Shown in pieces: positions 30,289-37,534 of a stretch of 64,000 nt of DNA. Made by a program: the position numbers and the translations under genes. The notes beneath the pieces are model-generated. The model saw only the letters and a program-made list of their open reading frames with translations, was not told where the DNA came from and did no database searches. The DNA comes from an uncultured candidate division WWE3 bacterium (GTDB taxonomy: Bacteria > Patescibacteriota > WWE3 > UBA101185 > UBA10185), in NCBI GenBank assembly GCA_963765125.1, contig CAVXUZ010000005.1, positions 97,596-161,595 of the forward strand. Direction: 5' to 3'. The stretch's first letter is position 1, and each line of letters opens with the position of its first letter.

Positions 30289-31875
30289 TCAGAACGAATC
30301 CATATCTGTTTGATAGTGATTTATTTTAAGATCTATGTTTGTTTCATAAAGTTTTTCTAATATTCTTTTTTCCTCAAGTATGCTCGTTTTATCTAATACT
30401 ACATTTGACGGTATAGAAATTGTTACATCGCAAGTAATGGTTAGGTTGTCTAGTTGATCGGCTGCGTCTATCGCGTCAATACTGCTAATTGAAATTGATT
30501 TTAATTCACCCTCTGGAACTACCCTAGATATCATTTCCGCAAGATCGTTTTTTATTTTTGATAACTTATCATCCTGGGTCCCTCTTAGGCTAATAATAGG
30601 CACTAACGTAATATCTAAATTTATTTTTATCCCCGTGTCCTTCTCTACATCAGCCTGCAGGGTGTCTTTATCTTTGCTAGAAAAACCATTTGTTGGGTTA
30701 ATTCGTAATACCGTAGCTACATTCCATATATCGGACACTTTAGCTATTTCGACAGTACTTATCTGTATAGAGGAATCCTTGTTAAAAATATATTTTTTAA
30801 GTGAGTCAATAATTTTAACTTTAATGCTATCATTTTGTTCTTTTTCTGCGCTGACTATTGAGAGTGCTCTCTGAATACTAAACGAAACATCTACCTTGCT
30901 GTTTAGTGTTGTTTCGAGTTTGGAAATAATTGAATTTTGTTGTTGATAATCAATAATTACATCTTCTGGTACTATAACGTCCGCTGCAATGTACACAGTA
31001 TTTCCATCAGGAGAGTATTTTATATCTGTTTGTATATTTTGAACCACGACCTTTTTTGATATTTGTTTTAATGACTCTTCGATTATGTTTTTACTCTTAT
31101 CATAAACACTGTTTTGAAATGAATAATCTTTTAGATAAAGCAAAAGAGGGAGCGCGGTAATTACGAGTATGGCAGTTATTGTAATAAATCCTTTTATCCG
31201 TATTTTTGTACCGTCTCTGCTGTTTATACCTGTCAAGCTAAACACAATAGTCGAAATAAAAATAATCGATATTATGTTAGCAAAAAAAAGCATAAATCCG
31301 CCGGTGGATACCTCATAGTTTTGGAGCGCCAGACCAATTCCAGAGACACACAGTGGTGGCATAAGCGCGGTGGCAATAGCTACACCTGCTAAACTATCCG
31401 AAATCTTCTTTTGTACAATTGACAGCGCAGCAATCATTCCGGCAGCTAGCGCGATGATGATGTCTAGTAATGTCGGTGATGCCCTAGCCAAAATCTCTTT
31501 GCTTAAAAGCTTTATCGGAGAAAAGTAGGTTATCGCGTAAGCGCTTAAAATTGCTATAAACATTGAAAAAATTAAGAGCTTCATAGCTTGAAATAATTGA
31601 TTTTTATTATCCGACGCAACCCCCAACGATATTTTCATAAGTGGCCACATTAGAGGAGATATAAGCATTCCTCCAATTATTACCGGAGGTGAATTTAATA
31701 TTAACCCTAAGGAACACACTGTCGTTGCTGATATCAATAAAATAAAAAAGCTTATTGATGCTTGTGAGTAAATACTAACTTTTTGTACCACTGCATTCCT
31801 GTCAATATTTTTTAGGTCATTTACGAGCTTCATTTTTTGCTCAAGAAAGTCAAAAAGCGCGAGTAATATATTCAT
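30289..31875 (-). CDS. DUF389-family membrane protein
   Basis: GGMLISPLM...LAGVAIATALMPPLC conserved DUF389 block, followed by a large extracytoplasmic C-terminal domain. Confidence 0.55.
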   Translation of the reverse strand: MNILLALFDFLEQKMKLVNDLKNIDRNAVVQKVSIYSQASISFFILLISATTVCSLGLILNSPPVIIGGMLISPLMWPLMKISLGVASDNKNQLFQAMKLLIFSMFIAILSAYAITYFSPIKLLSKEILARASPTLLDIIIALAAGMIAALSIVQKKISDSLAGVAIATALMPPLCVSGIGLALQNYEVSTGGFMLFFANIISIIFISTIVFSLTGINSRDGTKIRIKGFITITAILVITALPLLLYLKDYSFQNSVYDKSKNIIEESLKQISKKVVVQNIQTDIKYSPDGNTVYIAADVIVPEDVIIDYQQQNSIISKLETTLNSKVDVSFSIQRALSIVSAEKEQNDSIKVKIIDSLKKYIFNKDSSIQISTVEIAKVSDIWNVATVLRINPTNGFSSKDKDTLQADVEKDTGIKINLDITLVPIISLRGTQDDKLSKIKNDLAEMISRVVPEGELKSISISSIDAIDAADQLDNLTITCDVTISIPSNVVLDKTSILEEKRILEKLYETNIDLKINHYQTDMDSF

Positions 31876-31965
31876 GTGAAAACTATATCAGTTAAGCCAT
31901 TTAAGTTAAAGCTAAGCACAAATGTTTTTGCAGAAAATAAAGCTGATACAACAGCTAAATATTTA

Positions 31966-31980
31966 TGGTGGGCGAAGAGG
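31966..31980 (-). repeat. 15-nt duplicate of the tRNA-Leu(UAA) 3' end (tggtgggcgaagagg)
   Basis: Identical to the 3' end of the tRNA-Leu at 36750-36835, 4.8 kb away. Confidence 0.55.
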
Positions 31981-32084
31981 TATCTTTCACTTCGTTAAAG
32001 TTGCATCCACAACGACTAAACTCGCCTCGCTCGTTAAGTCTTGTGTAGGAGTCAAAGACATCCCTACTGCTCCATCAAAACAAA

Positions 32085-32148
32085 AAATCCAACCACAAGG
32101 GTTGGTTTTTCTTTTGTTTGGTGGGCCATCTGTCAGGATGTGCGAACT
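32085..32148 (+). repeat. Hairpin-plus-T-run, then 30-nt repeat tggtgggccatctgtcaggatgtgcgaact (copy 1)
   Basis: CCAACC-acaag-GGTTGG stem and T-run at 32085-32117; the 30-mer at 32119-32148 is identical to 33888-33917. Confidence 0.6.
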
Positions 32149-32192
32149 ATTTATATAGAAATTGTCGTCGGGCTATAAAGCTTGGCTGAACT

Positions 32193-32753
32193 TTATTGCA
32201 TTAGTGGAAAATCCCTGCTCTCCGTAATTTGGGTGAAGGTATCATTTAGTATTGCGAATGTTATGGTGTTCAAGTTAAAGGTAAAGTCAAAGTTTAAGTT
32301 CTTAGCTTCTTCTAAAGCCTGTTTATATAACGGTTCATCTAAGGGTACTTTTGTCGGATTTTTCAGATCGTATTGAGCGTTCTTATCTACAAACTGGCCT
32401 AGTCCAACATGTGGTATAAATTCAATATCTTTTCTTAAGAATTGTTCAAGCATCCCTGTATATAAGATATCGTGCAATTTAATTATTTCCTCCCTTCCTT
32501 CTTCTAAGGTTAAAAATAAGAAGTTATCCCAGGATTTAGTTAGACCTTTAATGTGTGCGTTAAAGCTTTTAAAACTCTTCAACCTATCTCACACATGTTC
32601 TAAAAGTAAATCCTCAGAGATCGATTTAGCTGAGATTGGAAATACTATAGTTACATGTGGCCTAATAAGATTGAACTGTGTGTCGTACTTTTTTCTGAAA
32701 CCATCTATCTTATCCAATTCAGATTTTACATACGCTACTAAAACAAAATACAT
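32193..32753 (-). pseudogene. 2H-phosphoesterase (LigT/CPDase-like) gene with an in-frame TGA at 32589-32591
   Basis: The upstream segment MYFVLVAYVKSELDK...RPHVTIVFP (H-x-T-x motif 1) is in the same frame as ORF 32193-32582 (..FIPHVGLGQF, motif 2), separated by a single TGA. Confidence 0.5.
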
Positions 32754-32782
32754 ATTTGCAATTCTATATTAAAATCTCCAAA

Positions 32783-32802
32783 AGTTCGACTCCCTCATGG
32801 GT
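32783..32802 (+). repeat. 20-nt direct repeat agttcgactccctcatgggt (inverted partial copy of the tRNA-Leu T-loop/acceptor)
   Basis: Matches agttcgactccctcttgggt at 36550-36569, one mismatch, same orientation, 3.77 kb apart. Confidence 0.55.
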
Positions 32803-32869
32803 TTGTCGAAAAAGAGGTTGATATGACAACTATAAGTCTATGGTGAGCCATCGTAGAGGATGTTTGGAA

Positions 32870-33487
32870 CTATTGCATTGCTGAAGTACCACTTAGATGA
32901 GATGTATCGTCAAATACAACTGGTGTAATTGTATTTTCCTCAAAGTCAAAGATTGAGATTGAAGCATTCTTTGGATCGTACTTGAATGATTCTTTTTTAG
33001 GTACTGACAATAAATAAGGCATTAGTGCTCTAATAGATCCTCCGTGAGTTACTATTCCAATTACAGCATTACTATTATCAGTATTTACTTGTTTAATATT
33101 ACTTATAAGTCGATGTTCGAAGTCTTTCCATGACTCACCTTTAGGCGGTACGAAGTCATAACGCTGTTCAAGAGATAACGGATCAAGAACAGTTTTTATT
33201 TCAGACCAGGGTTTTCCTGAATAATCTCCCCAGTTCCTTTCTTCCATGCCTGTAAGCGGTATAACTGGTATATTGCAAATCTTACTGATTATTTCAGCAC
33301 TTTGTAGTGCCCGAAATTCATTAGATGCATATAAAACATTGCAATTCAGTTCTTTCAACTTTTCACTTGTCTGTTGTATTTGTCTTATACCATTTTCAGT
33401 TAAATTATCAGGATCACCAAACTTATGTAACACATTTTTAACATTTGTTGCAGTTTCACCGTGTCTTACTAAAATTAATCTATTCAT
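32870..33487 (-). CDS. Histidine phosphatase-family protein (phosphoglycerate-mutase-like)
   Basis: N-terminal LVRHGETATN catalytic RHG motif; 205 aa. Confidence 0.7.
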   Translation of the reverse strand: MNRLILVRHGETATNVKNVLHKFGDPDNLTENGIRQIQQTSEKLKELNCNVLYASNEFRALQSAEIISKICNIPVIPLTGMEERNWGDYSGKPWSEIKTVLDPLSLEQRYDFVPPKGESWKDFEHRLISNIKQVNTDNSNAVIGIVTHGGSIRALMPYLLSVPKKESFKYDPKNASISIFDFEENTITPVVFDDTSHLSGTSAMQ

Positions 33488-33564
33488 TAGGATATTTTAA
33501 CAGAAAGTTCTAAATTCTCTCTTGGGTATATAAAAATAATGTTGTTGTGACAGTGTAAATTCTT

Positions 33565-33917
33565 TGGTGGGCGAGGAGGGAGTCGGTCACATGTTTTTCA
33601 TCTCTAGCTCATTACACTCGCAAGATCTGAAAGCATTCGATCCCGCCTCCTTCACTTCGTTCAGTCCGGTATTCGCCTCCTACTTTTACCAACAAAAAAG
33701 TGTCCATCAAACCTTTAGGTCTGCTGTACACTTTTCTGGTGGGCGAAGAGGGAGTCGGTCACCTGTTCTCGCCTGCTGGCTCGCCAGTCGACCCCGGCTC
33801 GGCACCGTCGTGCCTGCGCCTTTCGCCTCCCTTACTAGTCATAAGAAAAAAATATCCGGCATTGTAGCCGGCTATCTTTTTCTGGTGGGCCATCTGTCAG
33901 GATGTGCGAACTGCTTT
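33565..33917. repeat. Tandem att-scar-like array: two 26-nt tRNA-Leu(UAA) 3'-end duplicates, each followed by a core element, then hairpin plus 30-nt repeat copy 2
   Basis: tggtgggcgaGgagggagtcggtcac at 33565-33590 and tggtgggcgaagagggagtcggtcac at 33737-33762. Each is followed by a core related to 36599-36715. CCGGC-attgta-GCCGG hairpin plus T-run at 33856-33885, then the 30-mer at 33888-33917. Confidence 0.65.
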
Positions 33918-33955
33918 AGTTACTATTAACTACTAAAAAGTCTTAAAATAGATAT

Positions 33956-34798
33956 ATGTTGTATCATAGTGTCATGGAATTAAAAACAGCTAAGTTACAA
34001 AAACATTTCTACATGTACTGCGCGATGTTTTACGCAGATAATCGTACTATCGGTCATAAAGATTGGGTCTCAGAACTTAAAGATAAAGTTATTACTGCAC
34101 TTGAGAAATCAAACACACCAAAACTAGATATGCCCATGCATAGCTACCATTACCTTATGGGAATATTTAATCCAGAAGGTTACGAGGACCATGGGAGATT
34201 AATGATTCCTCCTAAAGAAGTTTTAGATTATGTTGAGCGAGTATCCGCACTCCCGGAATTACAAGAAATATGGAAACAATACGAGCCTGATTTTGATACT
34301 AGACTTAAGGATTTTGAGGAGCGTTTTATTGATATAGAAAACCTTTTTAAAAACCATTTTGATTATGAGCCTGATATTAAAACCTTTTATTTAACAAGAA
34401 ATTGGGATACATCGGGAAAATGTATTATAACTAAAGATGGTTACTACATTTTAGTTGGGTGGAAAAAAGAGGGCATAAATTTAAACCAAATACTACATGA
34501 ATTAACTCACAGTTATTTAGATAAATGTACATTAACCATTCCGAGGGACGTAAACGATTACCTTAAAAAAATGCCAGAGGAAGTTTTAGGATCTTATGCG
34601 AATCCCCATGCTTATATAGAAGAATCCATAATCCGGGCACTTGTATTGTATTTAAGTCATTCGGAAGAAAATATACAAAACTATTCTTTAGTAGGAACCG
34701 ACTTGGATATGATATTACCTGCAAAGTACTTAGATGTTTTGGAAAAAGATAAGCCCGAAAAGTTAACTATAGAATATCTCAATAAACTAGCCTATTAA
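33956..34798 (+). CDS. Hypothetical HExxH protein (putative zinc metallopeptidase)
   Basis: 280 aa with QILHELTHSY; adjacent to the Cys-rich peptide/rSAM pair. Confidence 0.45.
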   Translation: MLYHSVMELKTAKLQKHFYMYCAMFYADNRTIGHKDWVSELKDKVITALEKSNTPKLDMPMHSYHYLMGIFNPEGYEDHGRLMIPPKEVLDYVERVSALPELQEIWKQYEPDFDTRLKDFEERFIDIENLFKNHFDYEPDIKTFYLTRNWDTSGKCIITKDGYYILVGWKKEGINLNQILHELTHSYLDKCTLTIPRDVNDYLKKMPEEVLGSYANPHAYIEESIIRALVLYLSHSEENIQNYSLVGTDLDMILPAKYLDVLEKDKPEKLTIEYLNKLAY

Positions 34799-34888
34799 TA
34801 AACATTATTTTTGCTAAGAAAAGGTAAAGGGACTACTTCCAAGTGTATAAGAAGTAATCCCTTTTTTGGTGACGCTTGCCGGTAGTCT

Positions 34889-35050
34889 TTAGTCTTTTGG
34901 ACAGGACTGATCGTGCGGGCACGGGTCGTTGGTATTGCCACTGCAGGAATGCCCAGAACAATCTGACGAACACTTGCCGTCGGAAGGGCAATCAGCAAAG
35001 GCAGCTAACTGAGGTTGCCAGCGAACAACTTGCGTGAAATCGGTACCCAT
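34889..35050 (-). CDS. 53-aa six-cysteine RiPP-precursor-like peptide (SCIFF-like), not in the ORF track
   Basis: AAGGAG RBS 8 nt upstream of the ATG at 35050, 19 nt after the rSAM stop. Product MGTDFTQVVRWQPQLAAFADCPSDGKCSSDCSGHSCSGNTNDPCPHDQSCPKD. About 50% GC in a ~33% GC genome. Confidence 0.6.
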   Translation of the reverse strand: MGTDFTQVVRWQPQLAAFADCPSDGKCSSDCSGHSCSGNTNDPCPHDQSCPKD

Positions 35051-35069
35051 TGTCGTTTTCTCCTTTCTT

Positions 35070-36401
35070 TTAGAATTCGGACAACATGTCTTGTAGAAGC
35101 AGTAGCTTCACAATTATACAAGACTCTTGAAAAGTGTTCTCGCCTAAGTATCTAGAAATCGGACAGAAACCTTGGCAATTCCACCTTGCAAAACAATTTG
35201 AACACAGGTTTTTAGGTAATCCTCCATGTACCACAATGCGTGCGTGAGCATCGGGATTCATTACAGGTACCTGTGTGGTAGACCCAAAACTTCCATAGAA
35301 GAACAGTTCAGAGCCTGGATGCTGCTTCTTTGTGATACGCGAGCATCCGGAGACTGAACCATCGGGGCATACGCAAAACATTGTGCCTGTACTTGCTCCA
35401 CAGAATTGTAATTTATCTCTGCGGAATGTATCCAAAGTGCAAACAACGCGTAAACCTAGTTCCACTCCTATCCTACGAGCTTCTGTGTAGTATTTTACAA
35501 AAAGCCCCGGATCAACATCTAAATCAGTGGCGCCACTTGCTTTACCACAAAGTGATAGCGGCTCAAAGTGCACGAGTCCGTTCACTCCGTTTAACGCTTC
35601 TTTAGCAAGGAACCTTACAAAATTCGGCATTTCCTCCACACTCTTACTTGTTACTGTGGCACGAATAGAAAATGCTAGGCCAGCAGCCTTCAGATTTGCA
35701 ACCCCTTTCATGGCTGCTTTGAAAGAACCTTTGCCACCTACCATAGGGCGTTGCAGGTCTTGCACTGTTGCGACACCATCCAATGAGATTGTGATGTTAT
35801 CAACATTGTGTGACTTCAGCCATTCTGCAAACTTTGTAGTAATCAGTGTGGCGTTAGTCACTATGCTCACATGCAGTGTTATATCAAGCTTCTCGGCCAC
35901 TTGTAAGGCGTATAGGACGCATACCTTGAGCAGATTCTTTCGCTTCAGAGATTCCCCACCACCATGAAATGTTAGGGTGAAGTGTTTTCTGCCGCGGGAC
36001 TGTGCTAAACGCAATGCATAACTTATTGCGTTCTTTGCTACATCTTCAGGGATAGTTGTAGAATCACAACCCGCCTTTGCGTAGCAGTAGATACACCGAA
36101 GATTGCAGTCGTTGGTTAAAGATAAAGTAATTCCTTGCTCCCCAGGTAACGATTGAGTCGGTAAAGACCAATGTTCCGGAAGTGCGAGTAACCCGTTATC
36201 TGAAAGAAACTTAACCATAACTGGGTTGAATCCGTCTGCAGTACTGCCTTCTGAAACTGCAGAAATTAGCGTCTGAAGTTGTTCTGCTCCGCCTTGTGAT
36301 AACTTGGTTACCAAGCCATGCAATGGGGCATACAACAAGAAAGACGGTTCGTTCGGATACAGAATAAGAAAAAGCCAATCTTTAGGCTTTAGTGTGTCCA
36401 T
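35070..36401 (-). CDS. Radical SAM / SPASM-domain peptide-modifying enzyme
   Basis: CNLRCIYCYA (CxxxCxxC) and a C-terminal Cys cluster (CGASTGTMFCVCPDGSVSGC...CSNCFARWNCQGFCP) typical of SPASM. Start moved to MDTLKPKD (GAGAGGAG RBS). GC-richer than the surrounding sequence. Confidence 0.8.
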   Translation of the reverse strand: MDTLKPKDWLFLILYPNEPSFLLYAPLHGLVTKLSQGGAEQLQTLISAVSEGSTADGFNPVMVKFLSDNGLLALPEHWSLPTQSLPGEQGITLSLTNDCNLRCIYCYAKAGCDSTTIPEDVAKNAISYALRLAQSRGRKHFTLTFHGGGESLKRKNLLKVCVLYALQVAEKLDITLHVSIVTNATLITTKFAEWLKSHNVDNITISLDGVATVQDLQRPMVGGKGSFKAAMKGVANLKAAGLAFSIRATVTSKSVEEMPNFVRFLAKEALNGVNGLVHFEPLSLCGKASGATDLDVDPGLFVKYYTEARRIGVELGLRVVCTLDTFRRDKLQFCGASTGTMFCVCPDGSVSGCSRITKKQHPGSELFFYGSFGSTTQVPVMNPDAHARIVVHGGLPKNLCSNCFARWNCQGFCPISRYLGENTFQESCIIVKLLLLQDMLSEF

Positions 36402-36549
36402 CGCATCTTTTCTCCTCTCGATGATTATTTGATTTGTTGGCGTATTTATAGCATGAAAATGGCAATACCTCAATTTAAGATCTATTAACATGAGGCTATC
36501 TTTTTTTAAATGTGGGAAAATATAATTAAGTTTATGCCGTAAACACAAG

Positions 36550-36598
36550 AGTTCGACTCCCTCTTGGGTATTTGGTGGGCGAAGAGGGAGTCGGTCAC
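36550..36598. repeat. Inverted-repeat hairpin built from the tRNA-Leu 3' end: 20-nt repeat (36550-36569) plus 26-nt 3'-end duplicate (36573-36598)
   Basis: GTTCGACTCCCTCTT-gggtatttggtgggcg-AAGAGGGAGTCG, a perfect 12-bp inverted repeat. Confidence 0.65.
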
Positions 36599-36715
36599 AT
36601 GTCTTTCAACTCTAAATTCGCTCAAGCTCATTAAGATTTGAAAGCATTCGACCCCGCCTCCTTCACTCACTTCGTTCGCTCAGTCCGGCATTCTCGTCTC
36701 TCCTCAAAATGAAAA
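36599..36715 (-). repeat. Conserved ~115-nt non-coding core element (tRNA-3'-end-associated mini-element, copy B)
   Basis: gtcacatgtctttcaactctaaattcgc(tc)aagctcattaagatttgaaagcattcgacccc... is about 90% identical to 41362-41470 next to tRNA-Trp, with diverged copies at 33591-33700 and 33763-33850. Confidence 0.7.
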
Positions 36716-36748
36716 AGCTGAAAGTATTAAAACACTTCCAGCTTTTCC
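36706..36748 (-). terminator. Rho-independent terminator of tRNA-Leu(UAA)
   Basis: AAAAGCTG...CAGCTTTT 8-bp stem directly 3' of the tRNA, with a U-run on the minus strand. Confidence 0.55.
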
Positions 36749-36749
36749 A

Positions 36750-36835
36750 TGGTGGGCGAAGAGGGAGTCGAACCCTCACGTCCTAATGGACAAGAGATTT
36801 TAAGTCTCTCGTGTCTGCCATTCCACCACTCGCCC
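36750..36835 (-). tRNA. tRNA-Leu (anticodon TAA), long variable arm, CCA encoded
   Basis: Manual fold: anticodon loop CUUAAAA, T-loop UUCGACU, 3' CUCUUCGCCCACCA. Confidence 0.85.
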
Positions 36836-36892
36836 ATAAAATTCTTCGTAGCAAGGCATATTATACATATTACATCGAGGGATTTGTAGTGG

Positions 36893-37285
36893 TTACCGCT
36901 CGTTAATTAAATCAGCCAATTCCTTAAGTTCGTCCATTGTTGTTTTGTATGTCGGTTGCGCTCCGAACTTTCCTTTATAAATAGGAATTAGTTTAGCGTG
37001 AAGGTGTGGCACGTCTAGTCCTTCAAAAATGACGGATGTTCTTAAAATTTCTGGCAACTTTTGGTCTAAGATTTTTGCAACTTCTTTAACCGCGTCCATC
37101 AGTGGTGTAAGTTCGGTTGTTTCAACGTTAACCAAATAACTATCTTCATGTTTTTTTGGGATGACAAGGGTCATACCGCGTTCATACGGATTTATGTCTA
37201 AGAACGCAATAAACTTTTTATTCTCCCAAATTTTATAAGATGGAATTTCACCACGCGCGATTTTACAAAATAAACAGTCTTCCAT
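36893..37285 (-). CDS. HIT-family (histidine triad) hydrolase
   Basis: 130 aa; HLHAKLIP HxHxH motif. Confidence 0.8.
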   Translation of the reverse strand: MEDCLFCKIARGEIPSYKIWENKKFIAFLDINPYERGMTLVIPKKHEDSYLVNVETTELTPLMDAVKEVAKILDQKLPEILRTSVIFEGLDVPHLHAKLIPIYKGKFGAQPTYKTTMDELKELADLINER

Positions 37286-37292
37286 AATTGCT

Positions 37293-37368
37293 TGGCGCCC
37301 CCGGCGGGAGTCGAACCCACGACCTCTTCCTTAGAAGGGAATTGCTCTATCCTCTGAGCTACGAGGGC
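37293..37368 (-). tRNA. tRNA-Arg (anticodon TCT), CCA encoded
   Basis: Manual fold: acceptor GCCCUCG/CGGGGGC, anticodon loop CUUCUAA (U33, A37), T-loop UUCGACU. Confidence 0.75.
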
Positions 37369-37534
37369 TTAAAAATAAGCCAAATTCAAGCATTTTGTAT
37401 TTTACACGATTGAGGGCAAAGAATAAACCTAGATTATGTAGTTTTTGTAAAATTGTTTCTCAGTAGGTAGGGGTGTATAATCCTGAAAAATAGTGCTTAA
37501 AAAGGTTAATATCATAGTGTTGAGGAGGCATATT

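Noticed and set aside
32589-32591. In-frame TGA as evidence for genetic code 25 (TGA=Gly, as in some CPR lineages)
   Set aside because: TGA is used as a genuine stop for pheS, rSAM2 and others here, including ATGA stop-start overlaps, so the standard code (table 11) applies.
33564-33929. 121-aa '+' ORF (MVGEEGVGHMFF...) spanning the repeat array
   Set aside because: It runs straight through tandem tRNA-3'-end duplicates and core repeats. Homologous cores at other loci differ by indels that destroy the frame. No RBS. This is a reading-frame artefact of repetitive DNA.
34795-34998. 67-aa '-' ORF from the ORF track (MLIALPTASVRQ...)
   Set aside because: It is out of frame with the far more plausible RBS-preceded, Cys-rich 53-aa ORF at 34889-35050 and has no RBS of its own.
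36401-36550. Promoter for the rSAM1 operon (extended -10 TGcTATAAAT on the minus strand)
   Set aside because: A plausible -10 exists but I could not pair it with a convincing -35 at proper spacing, so it is left unannotated.
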